A stretch of 64,000 nt of DNA. It comes from a virus. Lineage: Duplodnaviria; Caudoviricetes. Shown piece after piece: positions 19,641 to 30,155 of this stretch (positions are counted from its first letter, which is position 1; every line of letters begins with the position of its first letter). The DNA lies in IMG/VR virus record IMGVR_UViG_3300026549_000040, positions 1-64,000 of that record. One strand, given 5' to 3'. The translations under genes were made by a program, and so were the position numbers. The notes beneath the pieces are model-generated. The model was given only the letters and a program-made list of their open reading frames with translations, did not search any database and had not been told where the DNA came from.

Positions 19641-20875
19641 TGTCAGATAATCTCGAGTCTGTTTTAAAGAAGATAACAAAAAAGTATGGTAATAGTGTTG
19701 CAAAGTTTGGAGCCGACGATCTAACTGTTGATGGTGTTTTATCCCTTGGCTCACCTATGATAGATTATTGTATCTATGGGGGTATTCCAGAAGGCAGAAT
19801 TATAGAGTTCAGTGGCGCTGAAGGTTCTGGAAAAACAAGTACAGCATTTTTAGTAGCAGCATCATTTCAAAGAGAAGAACTAAAAAGACATCCAATTGGT
19901 GAAGAATGGGAATTAAACGGTGAGATTCATTTTGGACCAAGAAATATTATTTTCTTAGATAATGAGGGAACTTTAGATCCTGTGTGGGCTAAAAATTTTG
20001 GATATGATTTATCGGAAGATGCAGAAGTTAAAACCATTGTTATTAGACCAGAAGGACAAAATGCAGAAGAAATATTTGACATGGCTCTTGATTGCTTAAA
20101 AACCGGTGAGGTGGGTCTTCTTATCTTTGATAGTATTGCAACTTTAGTACCTGCTCAAATTGCAGATGAATCTATGGAAAAATATCAAATGGGAGGTATT
20201 GCAAAATCATTAACAAGATTTGCAAATACTGCGTTAGGACTTTTAAGAAAATATAAAGCAACACTCGTGGCTATCAACCAAGTAAGAGAAAATATGAGTG
20301 CCTATGGAAATCCAATTACAACCCCCGGTGGTAGATCATGGAAGCATGCTTGTTCATCGAGACTAATGTTTAAGCGTGGTGATTTCTTTGATGAAGATGG
20401 TAATAAGTTAACAACTTCTGCTGAATCTCCTGCGGGTCACATAGTTAATGTTGCAGTACTAAAAACAAAGACTAGTAAATGGGATAGAAAAGGTGGTTCA
20501 TATAGATTAAATTATACAAGGGGTATTGATATACTTGCAGATACTATAGAAGCTGCTTTATATTTTGGACTGATTGATAATTCTACACAAGGCTCTTATA
20601 AAATAATTGATCCTCATACAGGTGATATAAAACTTGATAAAGATGGTAATGAAATTAAAATAAGGGGTAAAGCTAATGTAAAATCTTATTTTGAAGAGCA
20701 TATAGATGAATGGAAAGAACTATATGATTCTGTATATGAAAGAATAAGAGAAAAAGAGTCACCATATATAAAATCTTTTGAGGAGTTATTAAATCTTCAA
20801 ACTAAAGAGGCTTTTTCAGAACATGAATTAAATATGGCTGTAGATGAGGAGGGCATAGGAAATATAAATGTCTAA
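19640..20875 (+). CDS. recA: RecA/UvsX recombinase
   Basis: GGIPEGRIIE.SGAEGSGKT, IFDSIA, INQVRE, TPGG. Confidence 0.95.
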   Translation: MSDNLESVLKKITKKYGNSVAKFGADDLTVDGVLSLGSPMIDYCIYGGIPEGRIIEFSGAEGSGKTSTAFLVAASFQREELKRHPIGEEWELNGEIHFGPRNIIFLDNEGTLDPVWAKNFGYDLSEDAEVKTIVIRPEGQNAEEIFDMALDCLKTGEVGLLIFDSIATLVPAQIADESMEKYQMGGIAKSLTRFANTALGLLRKYKATLVAINQVRENMSAYGNPITTPGGRSWKHACSSRLMFKRGDFFDEDGNKLTTSAESPAGHIVNVAVLKTKTSKWDRKGGSYRLNYTRGIDILADTIEAALYFGLIDNSTQGSYKIIDPHTGDIKLDKDGNEIKIRGKANVKSYFEEHIDEWKELYDSVYERIREKESPYIKSFEELLNLQTKEAFSEHELNMAVDEEGIGNINV

Positions 20876-21212
20876 AAATGTTAGCACTCGACATTTTTCA
20901 GATTTACATGAAAAATCAGTCTGTAAAGCACTGTCAGCTAAACAACAACCAAATAGTGGAGCAGGTCTTTGGAGAAAAGGGGACGTTGTCCAAGAAGATG
21001 CTTCTTTACTTATTGAATGTAAATGTTCTATGAAAGAAAAGAATTCAGTTTCTATAAAGAAAGAATGGATAACGAAAACAAAGAAAGAAGCATTCTTCCA
21101 TAGATTGAATAATACTGTTTTATGTATAAACTTTGAACCTAATGGTGAAAACTATTATGTTATAGATGAAAAGTTAATGAAACTACTTTGTAATAAGCTA
21201 AAGGAGTACTAG
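20868..21212 (+). CDS. PD-(D/E)XK nuclease, Hjc-like
   Basis: HE...SGAG...KGDV...LIECK. Confidence 0.7.
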   Translation: MSKNVSTRHFSDLHEKSVCKALSAKQQPNSGAGLWRKGDVVQEDASLLIECKCSMKEKNSVSIKKEWITKTKKEAFFHRLNNTVLCINFEPNGENYYVIDEKLMKLLCNKLKEY

Positions 21213-21214
21213 GT

Positions 21215-21412
21215 ATGGTTTTGCGTAATAAGTTTAAATTCCAGGATAAAGTGAAAGAACCTAAAGGTAGTTTTATATATGTAGTTAAGAATTACCACTA
21301 TGATGAAGAATTAGGAACTACTATTTATGAGTTGGAAAGCATTGATTCTGGATACATTAAATATTTACCAGAAGAGGATTTACAGATTGTTTCTTGGGGA
21401 GGTGCTATATGA
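21215..21412 (+). CDS. small hypothetical protein
   Basis: AAGGAG RBS; beta-rich ORF. Confidence 0.5.
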   Translation: MVLRNKFKFQDKVKEPKGSFIYVVKNYHYDEELGTTIYELESIDSGYIKYLPEEDLQIVSWGGAI

Positions 21413-22062
21413 AAACTAAGTATTCAAATGATACGCTGGAAAAGTTAAAGACAGATTTTATAGAACTATTAAATAAAATAGAAAGACCTAATGCTAATAT
21501 TCAAGGTCTTATTACAAAATTAGAATCTACAGATTTTTTCAGAGCTCCTGCTTCAACCAAATATCATAATGCTTTCGAAGGGGGTTTAGTAGAACATTCT
21601 TTAAATGTTTATTATAATTTGGAACATTTAGTAGACATTAAAGGGTTAAAGAGTACTATTCCAGAGGAGAGTATTATAATCTGTGGTTTACTTCATGATA
21701 TTTCTAAAATGAATTTCTATGAACCGTCTTCAAGAAACAGGAAAGTATATCATGAGAATGGTTCTAAATATGATGAACTTGGTCGTTTTGATTGGGTTGC
21801 AGAGTTTGCTTATAAAATAAAAGATGCATCAGAACGCTTTATTTATGGTAATCATGAAGAAACTTCCGAGTTTATGATTAAAACTTATATACCTTTATCT
21901 GTTGATGAGTCTGTAGCTATTCTAAACCATCATGGTGGTATGTCCTATGATAGTATACAACCTTCAACTATTAGTGAAAAATATAATGTCTACCCATTAG
22001 CAGCTTTACTTCATATGGCAGATTTTTTAGCTACTTATATAGATGAGAATGAATTAGCGTGA
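21409..22062 (+). CDS. HD-domain phosphohydrolase
   Basis: APASTKYH..FEGGLVEHSLNV, LLHDISK, HH, LHMAD. Confidence 0.85.
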   Translation: MKTKYSNDTLEKLKTDFIELLNKIERPNANIQGLITKLESTDFFRAPASTKYHNAFEGGLVEHSLNVYYNLEHLVDIKGLKSTIPEESIIICGLLHDISKMNFYEPSSRNRKVYHENGSKYDELGRFDWVAEFAYKIKDASERFIYGNHEETSEFMIKTYIPLSVDESVAILNHHGGMSYDSIQPSTISEKYNVYPLAALLHMADFLATYIDENELA

Positions 22063-22403
22063 ATAAATTTATAAAGGAACAATTACAAAAAGTAACAGTA
22101 CCGATGGATTATTGGGATAATAATACAGATCATATTATTATCAAGAAACAAGGTGGAAGTATAACAAAAGATTTTATCGTTGGTGATATTTATGATATAA
22201 TTGTAGAGGATTATGTTATAAATCCACCGCCTAATTTTACCTTAGCTTCTAATTGGAATTTTAATACAAATCCACCTGAGAAAGAACTTCATGCTAGAGT
22301 TTTACAAACCGTTGGAAATATGTTAAAATTTCAATGTAAAGGAAAAACAACAGGTATTGAATGGGAAGGTTGGCTTCCAAGAAAAAGTATAAAGATAGTA
22401 TAA
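22059..22403 (+). CDS. hypothetical protein
   Basis: Coupled ORF. Confidence 0.65.
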   Translation: MNKFIKEQLQKVTVPMDYWDNNTDHIIIKKQGGSITKDFIVGDIYDIIVEDYVINPPPNFTLASNWNFNTNPPEKELHARVLQTVGNMLKFQCKGKTTGIEWEGWLPRKSIKIV

Positions 22404-22413
22404 AGAGGTAAAT

Positions 22414-23427
22414 ATGTCATTAGCTACTAAATATAGACCAAAAACGTGGGAAGAGGTAGTTGGTCAGGATAGTATAGTATCTATTCTAAATAAACAATTA
22501 GAAGCAAATAATATAAAAAATACATATATATTTTCTGGTGCTTCTGGTTGTGGTAAAACAACTGTAGCAAGATTGTTTATAGATAGGATAAATAAAGGTT
22601 GTGGTCAACCTTATGAACTAGATGCAGCATCAAACAGTGGTGTAGATAATATACGAGAGATAGTGAAGTCTTCCCAAGAAAGATCTTTAATTAGTGAATA
22701 TAAAGCATATATTATAGATGAATGTCATGCACTATCTAATCAGGCATGGCAAGCATTTTTGAAATGTATTGAGGAACCACCTAAGTATACTATATTTATC
22801 TTTTGTACTACAGAGCCCAATAAGATACCAGATACAATTAAAAATAGATGTATGAGATTCAATTTTAATAGAGTAGAATCCTCTTTAATCTATAAAAGAT
22901 TGTGTTATATAGCAGAGAATGAGGGTGCTATTAATTACATTGACTCTTGTGATTATATATCAAGAATATGTAGTGGTGAGTTAAGAAATGGAATAAGTAT
23001 GCTAGAAAAATGTTTAGATTATAGTAATGATCTAAACATAGAAAATGTTTTATATAGTTTGGGTGATTATTCTTATGATACTTATTTTAAGTTAGTAAAT
23101 GATATAATTGATGGTAATTTGACTGATATATTTTCAATATTAACTTCAGTTTATAATGAAGGTGTTGATCTTATAAGGTTTGTGGATAGTTTTATTGATT
23201 TTACTTTGGATATTACAAAATATATACTTTATGAGGATATTAAATATACAAAGTTTCCTTCCACATTAGAGGATGAATTAAAGTTTTGTACAGGCATAAA
23301 TGATGCAAAGAAATATTTCTTTTATATCATAGATAATTTACTTGAAACAAAAAATATGTTAAAATCAAATAGTGATACTAAATCAATAGTAGAAGTTATG
23401 TTTAGCAAAATGGGTAGATTGGTATGA
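22414..23427 (+). CDS. dnaX: clamp loader gamma/tau subunit
   Basis: LATKYRP..WEEVVGQ, GASGCGKT, ELDAASNSGVD, IIDECH, LK.IEEPP. Confidence 0.95.
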   Translation: MSLATKYRPKTWEEVVGQDSIVSILNKQLEANNIKNTYIFSGASGCGKTTVARLFIDRINKGCGQPYELDAASNSGVDNIREIVKSSQERSLISEYKAYIIDECHALSNQAWQAFLKCIEEPPKYTIFIFCTTEPNKIPDTIKNRCMRFNFNRVESSLIYKRLCYIAENEGAINYIDSCDYISRICSGELRNGISMLEKCLDYSNDLNIENVLYSLGDYSYDTYFKLVNDIIDGNLTDIFSILTSVYNEGVDLIRFVDSFIDFTLDITKYILYEDIKYTKFPSTLEDELKFCTGINDAKKYFFYIIDNLLETKNMLKSNSDTKSIVEVMFSKMGRLV

Positions 23428-24221
23428 TAAAGACTAATTTATTTGATGAAATAAATATATATACTGAATCTCCTTTATTACTCGTAGGGAGGAATGGGTC
23501 AGGTAAAAAAACATTAGTTTCATATCTTTCAGATAAGTATAATATAGAGGTTAAGTATATAAATAATGCAATATCTGATGATACTAAATTGGAATTATAT
23601 TCCTATTCTAATGAGATTCTACTTGTATTTGATTTAACCTCAAATTTAAAAGTAAAACAGTTTGTATCTTTTCAAAATTCTATATTGAAAATTTTAGAGG
23701 ATCCTCCGTATCTATGTAAGATTATAGTATTAGCAGAGGATACATCACACTTGTTAAACACTGTTAAAAATAGATGCAATATAAGATACATCGAAAGATA
23801 TTCTATAGATCAGTTAAGAGTTATAGCGAGGATGAATGATAATGAGAATATATTAGATTATACTAATTCTCAATTAGGGTATATAACTTATCCAATGGAT
23901 GCCATTAAAGCACCAAGTACTGATGAATTATCGAAATTAGAAAATCTAGTAAGAACAATTTTATCTTCTATATATACTGCTAATATATCTAACATATTAT
24001 CAATTTCTAAGAAGTTAGATTTTTCAGATGAGGGGTATAATATAAATCTATTTTTAACGATATTTAGATCAGAGCTTGTCAATGCACTAAAGCATGAATT
24101 TAATTTTAAATACTTTGATATCTTTAAAGTATTCATTGAATTAGATTGTAATATGGGAAACCCAAGTTTTAATAAGAAGAATTTGATAGAAGATTTTTTA
24201 CTCACATTAAAATATATATGA
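23424..24221 (+). CDS. holB: clamp loader delta-prime subunit
   Basis: GRNGSGK, QNSILKILEDPP, LLNTVKNRC. Confidence 0.75.
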   Translation: MIKTNLFDEINIYTESPLLLVGRNGSGKKTLVSYLSDKYNIEVKYINNAISDDTKLELYSYSNEILLVFDLTSNLKVKQFVSFQNSILKILEDPPYLCKIIVLAEDTSHLLNTVKNRCNIRYIERYSIDQLRVIARMNDNENILDYTNSQLGYITYPMDAIKAPSTDELSKLENLVRTILSSIYTANISNILSISKKLDFSDEGYNINLFLTIFRSELVNALKHEFNFKYFDIFKVFIELDCNMGNPSFNKKNLIEDFLLTLKYI

Positions 24222-24222
24222 T

Positions 24223-25116
24223 ATGGATATACAAGAATTAAAACATAAGTTAGAGAATAACAATAGTTTGCCAAATGTATTAATATTCAAATGTGACTCA
24301 GAAGATTCTAATTTTATATTTCATCAATATATTGATAAATATAAAGAGAATATTGGTTATAATGATATCAAATATATAGAGTCATTATCAGAATTGACTA
24401 ATACTTCTCTTTTTTCTAATAGTGTTTCTGATTCAATATATATTTATGATATTAAAAAATTAGATGAACTATATGATAATATCAAGGATATAGTTTGGAT
24501 AAAGTGTAAATCTTTATCAAAGAAAGTAAAAGATAAATTTAGTGATAATATAATAGAAATACCAAAGTTAGAAATCTGGCAGATCAAAGATTTTATTACT
24601 ACGAACTTAAATGGACTTGACAAAGAATATATAGATATATTATATAATACTTATAAAAAAGATATTTTTAGATTACAACTTGAAATGCAGAAATTGATGT
24701 TGTTTGATGATGTTAATTATGCATATAAGTTGGTTAATGATCAGTTATACATAGATGCTTCTGAATACAATATATTCGATTTAAGTAATTGCATACTAAA
24801 AAGAGATATAAAAACACTTAAAAAGTTAGATACTTCTATATTAGATATAGATACTTTTGGGTTAATAAAGATATTACTAGATAACTTTAGATACGTTATA
24901 GATATACAGTTAGCAGTAAATACATCACCAGAATATGTTGGTGTAACACCAAAAAGATTTTGGGCCATAAAAAATAATTCTTGTGGTTATTATTCCAAAG
25001 AAGAATTAGTACATATATATCAATTTTTATTGACACTAGATGGTAAGATAAAATCTGGATATATCAGTTCTTCTATTGTTATAGATTATATTATATGTAA
25101 GATAATGTTACTTTAA
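24223..25116 (+). CDS. holA: clamp loader delta subunit
   Basis: TSLF clamp-opening motif, LQLEMQKL, NIFDL, D.KIKSG. Confidence 0.7.
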   Translation: MDIQELKHKLENNNSLPNVLIFKCDSEDSNFIFHQYIDKYKENIGYNDIKYIESLSELTNTSLFSNSVSDSIYIYDIKKLDELYDNIKDIVWIKCKSLSKKVKDKFSDNIIEIPKLEIWQIKDFITTNLNGLDKEYIDILYNTYKKDIFRLQLEMQKLMLFDDVNYAYKLVNDQLYIDASEYNIFDLSNCILKRDIKTLKKLDTSILDIDTFGLIKILLDNFRYVIDIQLAVNTSPEYVGVTPKRFWAIKNNSCGYYSKEELVHIYQFLLTLDGKIKSGYISSSIVIDYIICKIMLL

Positions 25117-25126
25117 AGGAATTACT

Positions 25127-25495
25127 ATGAAGAAAACAACTATTAAATTTTACGATGGTGACTATACTATATCGGCGGGAGATATATTTCAGGCAAAAGT
25201 AGAAGACGGTGAAGTCGGTCAATTATTCTTGGTAAGTTGTAATGATAATGAACAGGTTACGTTAGAAGTTATTCAAAGAATAAATTACTCTTCTTGTCTT
25301 ATGCGTGTAAACGAAATATTGTACAAAGAAGATGATGTGTTGCTAACTGAATCTTATAAAAATAGAAATATATTACTTATGATAGAAGGTTTTACAAAGA
25401 AACAACTTGTTAGTTATATCAATGAAAATAATATAGATGTAGATACTAAACTTAAAAAGAAAGATTTGGTTCGTGCAGTGAAGGAATTATTGTGA
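25127..25495 (+). CDS. hypothetical protein with C-terminal Rho-N/HeH-like motif
   Basis: TKKQL......NI....KLKKKDLV. Confidence 0.55.
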   Translation: MKKTTIKFYDGDYTISAGDIFQAKVEDGEVGQLFLVSCNDNEQVTLEVIQRINYSSCLMRVNEILYKEDDVLLTESYKNRNILLMIEGFTKKQLVSYINENNIDVDTKLKKKDLVRAVKELL

Positions 25496-25502
25496 GGTAT
25501 AT

Positions 25503-26519
25503 ATGAAATTAGGAGTTGTAGGTGATATTCATTGGAGTAAATATTCTTCAATAATTAGACAAAGAGGTAATAAGTATTCTGTTAGGTTAGAAAATTGTAT
25601 TAAGTCTATAAATTGGGCAGAAGATATTTTAAGAGATTGTGATAAGATTATATACTTGGGTGACTTCTTTGATTCAGATGATTTAAAATCAGAAGAAATA
25701 ACTGCTTTATCTGAATTAAAATGGAATGACAAAGAACATATATTTTTGGTTGGTAATCATGAATTAGGGTTGAATGATCTATCATTTAGTTCTGCTCATT
25801 TATTTAACATTGCAAATAAAGTTGTTATTGATAAACCTGTAGTTCAAGTTGATAGTTATAATCGTGTAGAATTGTGTTTTCTTCCTTATATATTAGATAA
25901 TACAGGAAGAATAGAGGATTATATCTACAGCAGAACTAATAAGCTACCAAGAATAGTATTTTCTCATAATGATATAGCTGGAATACAACTTGGTAAATTT
26001 TTAACTACGTCTGGGTTTGATATTGAAGATATAAATGCTTCTTGTGATTTATTTATAAATGGTCATTTACATAATGAAACATGTATAAATAATAAAATAT
26101 ATAATATAGGAAATCTTACTGGACAAAATTTTTCAGAGGACGGAACAAAGTATGGACATAATATTTTCATATTAGATACAGATACGTTGTCCATACAAAA
26201 GGTAAAAAATCCTTATGCAATTAATTTTTTTAAGTTTGATACTCTAGAGGAACTACTGAAATATGATCTACCTATAAATTCTGTTGTAACTGCTAAATTA
26301 TATACGTCACAAATAAATAAGTGTGAAAGTATAAAGACTAATGAAAATGTAATAGCACATAGATTTATTATATTATCGGATTCAAAAAATTATTCTCGTG
26401 ATGAAGAGTCTACTGTTAAACTATCGGTTAATCATCTAGAAAAATTTCAAGAATTTATCCTAGATAGACTTGGTAATGATCCTATCGTGGTAGAAGAACT
26501 TTCGGAGGTGTTAAGTTAA
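25503..26519 (+). CDS. sbcD: Mre11/SbcD-like nuclease
   Basis: GDIH, LGDFFD, GNHE, SH, GHLH; adjacent to SbcC. Confidence 0.85.
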   Translation: MKLGVVGDIHWSKYSSIIRQRGNKYSVRLENCIKSINWAEDILRDCDKIIYLGDFFDSDDLKSEEITALSELKWNDKEHIFLVGNHELGLNDLSFSSAHLFNIANKVVIDKPVVQVDSYNRVELCFLPYILDNTGRIEDYIYSRTNKLPRIVFSHNDIAGIQLGKFLTTSGFDIEDINASCDLFINGHLHNETCINNKIYNIGNLTGQNFSEDGTKYGHNIFILDTDTLSIQKVKNPYAINFFKFDTLEELLKYDLPINSVVTAKLYTSQINKCESIKTNENVIAHRFIILSDSKNYSRDEESTVKLSVNHLEKFQEFILDRLGNDPIVVEELSEVLS

Positions 26520-26521
26520 TT

Positions 26522-28378
26522 ATGTCTGATATCTTTTTTAAATCTATTGTCTTACATCACTTTATGTCTTATGAACATGAAGAATTTGATCTTGATAGAA
26601 CTGGATATATATTTGTATCTGGACTAAATAATAACAATATAGATAATGCTAAATCTAATGGGTCAGGTAAGAGTAGTTTATTTTCTGCCATCTGTTGGTG
26701 CTTGACTGGGGAAACTCCAAATGGTAATAAGAAGGTAGAAAATATATATTTATCTGGTGAAACCTATGTGGAATTATCTTTTGAATCTGATGGCAAGCAT
26801 TATGTGCTTAAGCGTGTGAAGAATCCGAGTAATTTATTTATTAATATTGATGGTGTAGATAAATCAGGAAAAGGCATTAGAGATAGTGAAAAGCTATTAA
26901 GTGAATATCTTCCTGAAATAACTTCTTCTCTTATAAATTCAGTTATAATTCTAGGTCAAGGATTACCAAAAAGGTTTACTAATAATTCTCCTTCGGGCCG
27001 TAAAGAAATACTTGAAAAATTATCAAACTCAGATTTTATGATAGAAGATATTAAACTTAGGGTTGAGGAAAGAAAAGCTAAATTATTAATCGATAAGCAG
27101 CAGATTAGTAATAATACGATTAAACTGGAGACACAGAATAACATATTAAGTAAGGATAATGAAACATTACTTGCTAGACTCAATTCTATGAATAGTTCAT
27201 CGTTAGAATTACAATTAGAAAATCTGAAACTTTCAAAGAAAAGTAAAGAGTCAGATATTTATGAGTATAACTCTGCCATAGAGGAACTGACAGTATCTTT
27301 GAACTATCATACTAGCTTAATAGAAGAACTCACAGAGAACTACAAAAAAGAATATGATGTGATATCTACACAAGATCAAGATAGTATTGATAGTCTTATA
27401 TCTACCATATCTTCATTGGAAACTAAGATAGCAACTAAGAATTCAGAGATATATAAATATGAATCAGTTTCAGATACTTGTCCTACGTGTGGACAAAAGC
27501 TCCCAGGTGTTACAAAATTAGATACCACTGAACTTAGAAATGAGTGTAAAGAATTAAAATCATCTTTATCTTCATATAAAGAGGAGCTTAATATAAAGAA
27601 AGCCAACAAAGATAAAGCTGTACTTGAGTTAAATGAAAGATATGATGACAGTACTAAAGACTATAAAAGTAGAATAAATAAATTAAATTCTGATATCTCT
27701 AACTATCAATCAATCATAACTAAGATAGAGGATGAGTTAAGAAGTATAGATAGAGATATGATAAGAATAGAAACAAGTCTGTCAAACATAGATGAGGAAA
27801 AATCAAACATACTCACTACCATTGATAATAATAAGAAATTGATAGCACAGGGAAAGCAACTTATTTCTGATAATAATGAAAAATTATATGATATAGATAA
27901 TAGGCTTGACATAGTGTCAAAAATGGGTACATTCATAAAGAGAGATTTTAGAGGTTATCTACTTATGAATGTTATTGATTTTATATATGATAGAATAAAA
28001 CAGTACTCAAATATAGTTTTTGGTACTAACGATTTTTTCTTTGGATTAGATGGAAATAATATAGCTATTTCTTATGATGGCAAAGACTATGAATCATTAA
28101 GTGGGGGTGAAAAACAAAAGATAGATATCATTATACAGTTATCTATAAGGGATATGCTTTGTAATTATCTTAATTTTTCATCTAACATATTGGTATTAGA
28201 TGAGATAACAGATTCTTTAGATGTTATAGGAAGTCAGAATGTATTAAATCTAATTTCATGTACATTATCTGATGTTCAATCTATATACATAATATCTCAC
28301 CATACTGATTTTAGTATTCCCTGGGATGAAGAAATAACTATAGTTAAAGGTAATGATAAGATAAGTAGGATTGCATAA
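26522..28378 (+). CDS. sbcC: Rad50/SbcC-like SMC ATPase
   Basis: NGSGKSS, coiled coil with CPTC zinc hook, LSGGE, VLDE, ISH. Confidence 0.92.
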   Translation: MSDIFFKSIVLHHFMSYEHEEFDLDRTGYIFVSGLNNNNIDNAKSNGSGKSSLFSAICWCLTGETPNGNKKVENIYLSGETYVELSFESDGKHYVLKRVKNPSNLFINIDGVDKSGKGIRDSEKLLSEYLPEITSSLINSVIILGQGLPKRFTNNSPSGRKEILEKLSNSDFMIEDIKLRVEERKAKLLIDKQQISNNTIKLETQNNILSKDNETLLARLNSMNSSSLELQLENLKLSKKSKESDIYEYNSAIEELTVSLNYHTSLIEELTENYKKEYDVISTQDQDSIDSLISTISSLETKIATKNSEIYKYESVSDTCPTCGQKLPGVTKLDTTELRNECKELKSSLSSYKEELNIKKANKDKAVLELNERYDDSTKDYKSRINKLNSDISNYQSIITKIEDELRSIDRDMIRIETSLSNIDEEKSNILTTIDNNKKLIAQGKQLISDNNEKLYDIDNRLDIVSKMGTFIKRDFRGYLLMNVIDFIYDRIKQYSNIVFGTNDFFFGLDGNNIAISYDGKDYESLSGGEKQKIDIIIQLSIRDMLCNYLNFSSNILVLDEITDSLDVIGSQNVLNLISCTLSDVQSIYIISHHTDFSIPWDEEITIVKGNDKISRIA

Positions 28379-29244
28379 TGTTATATACTAAACCAAAAGA
28401 TGTTAGATATGTTGATATGTGTATCTATATAGACAATATTGTTAAGAGGGGTAATCCTACAGAGGATGAGGTGAACTTAATTTTTGAATATTTGTATCAC
28501 CTCTCTTTTATGTTATCTCATAAACATAAGTACTTTAATAAGTCACATTATTATGAAGAGTTTTCCATCTATTTGGCATCAGAAGTTTTGTATAGATTAT
28601 TCTATAATCCAAAGCTATTTAAAAAAGATGAGAATGGTGATCCACTGATGTTGCCTGTTAAGAGTGTTCTTAATTATATGAAGGCAATAATATATGGTAG
28701 AAAATGTATATTTGAAAATGAAAATTATAGTCAGAAGATATCAGAAAAGAAACTGAATCAATTAGACTATACTTCTAGTCTAAATTTAAAGCTTCAGGAT
28801 ACCTTAGTATATAATATAGAAGCTGATATAGATATATACCTAAAGACACTTTCGAAAGAAATCAGGAGTATAATATCCACAAATTGTGTTTATAAGAATG
28901 ATAAGATATTATTTAATAATATATATTTGAGTTGTTTGTTATCGGTTATTAACAGCTTCACCTTTACAGAAACAGAATTAAGTAATATTGAATCTACATA
29001 TTCCTTACCTAAGTCTAAGTATAAGTATATAACTAGAATGTATAAAAAGAACAGAGATAATTGTGTGATATTGTATAATTTACCTGATTCTTATTATGAT
29101 TATATAAAGATATTGGTGAGGCGTATTTTTAATAAGCTTAGAGAAGATATAGCATATCTTAGTAAAAGTGATTTGTCTATACCAGAAGATATACTTTCTG
29201 AACTTATCTATCTAGAATTGGACGGAAGTACTAGCACTGTTTAA
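28378..29244 (+). CDS. hypothetical helical protein (possible transcription factor)
   Basis: 288-aa ORF; no diagnostic motif. Confidence 0.55.
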   Translation: MLYTKPKDVRYVDMCIYIDNIVKRGNPTEDEVNLIFEYLYHLSFMLSHKHKYFNKSHYYEEFSIYLASEVLYRLFYNPKLFKKDENGDPLMLPVKSVLNYMKAIIYGRKCIFENENYSQKISEKKLNQLDYTSSLNLKLQDTLVYNIEADIDIYLKTLSKEIRSIISTNCVYKNDKILFNNIYLSCLLSVINSFTFTETELSNIESTYSLPKSKYKYITRMYKKNRDNCVILYNLPDSYYDYIKILVRRIFNKLREDIAYLSKSDLSIPEDILSELIYLELDGSTSTV

Positions 29245-29256
29245 AGGAGGTGGGTT

Positions 29257-29625
29257 ATGACTATAAAAAGTGAGCTAACCAAACTAAAGACCACAGATCT
29301 CTTTTCTCTTTTATTATTTGCTTTATATAAAATAAAAGATGTAGATGAGTACTCAACTATTAGTGAATTGGCTTTTGTATTAGATAAAGAAAATTTATTA
29401 AACTTGTGTGAGTACTTTGGTGGTATCACACTAAAGATACCGACAATAGATGAGTTAGAAAGCGTTATAAATTCTTTATTGGTATATCAATATGTTAATA
29501 TAGATGGGTATGATTATAAAGATGCTATTAAAGAGATTGGTTTTGATTCCAGTCAGTTAAGACAGGTTAAAAAAGATTATAATAAAATAGTTGAAATATT
29601 AAAGGATTATTCTTTTACAAAATGA
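29257..29625 (+). CDS. Mor-like transcription regulator
   Basis: LCEYFGGITLKIP resembles the Mor FGG..xIP motif; C-terminal HTH-like helices. Confidence 0.4.
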   Translation: MTIKSELTKLKTTDLFSLLLFALYKIKDVDEYSTISELAFVLDKENLLNLCEYFGGITLKIPTIDELESVINSLLVYQYVNIDGYDYKDAIKEIGFDSSQLRQVKKDYNKIVEILKDYSFTK

Positions 29626-29825
29626 GAAATATGTTGTATAATAAATTAGTACAAATAAAATATGAATTGTCTAAATATCATAGAGACAGACAATATCTTG
29701 AAAGGTATTATGTAAATAAAAGATTAACTGAGTCATTGAACTCTTATTATAAAGACCTTGAAGATAGCTTAAGATACTTAGACAATAGAAAAGAAGAGAA
29801 TGTATTTAAGCAGCTAGGGGGTTAA
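29622..29825 (+). CDS. hypothetical protein
   Basis: Coupled ORF. Confidence 0.55.
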   Translation: MRNMLYNKLVQIKYELSKYHRDRQYLERYYVNKRLTESLNSYYKDLEDSLRYLDNRKEENVFKQLGG

Positions 29826-29828
29826 TTT

Positions 29829-30155
29829 ATGTATGACATATTAAAAGATATACACTCATTGACGCAAATAAAAGAAGTAGTACTAAAATCTATATCTAGT
29901 ATCATAGAAGATAGTGTATGTCATTATATATTAGAATCTATCTCTCTTGACGAGGATATAATAGAGATTGATTTCGGGCTTGGTATTTTAAGTATAAATG
30001 CTTCATCAGATGAGTTGGAATACAAATTTGTACCCAGCAAACGATTAGAAAAGAAATTGTTAAAAGCTATCAATACCAATACTAGTCCACTTGTTTCTAA
30101 TATTGAGAAGAAACTAAATCAAAAAATTATAAATACTTACAAGGAATTGTTGTAA
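29829..30155 (+). CDS. hypothetical protein
   Basis: Coupled ORF. Confidence 0.6.
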   Translation: MYDILKDIHSLTQIKEVVLKSISSIIEDSVCHYILESISLDEDIIEIDFGLGILSINASSDELEYKFVPSKRLEKKLLKAINTNTSPLVSNIEKKLNQKIINTYKELL

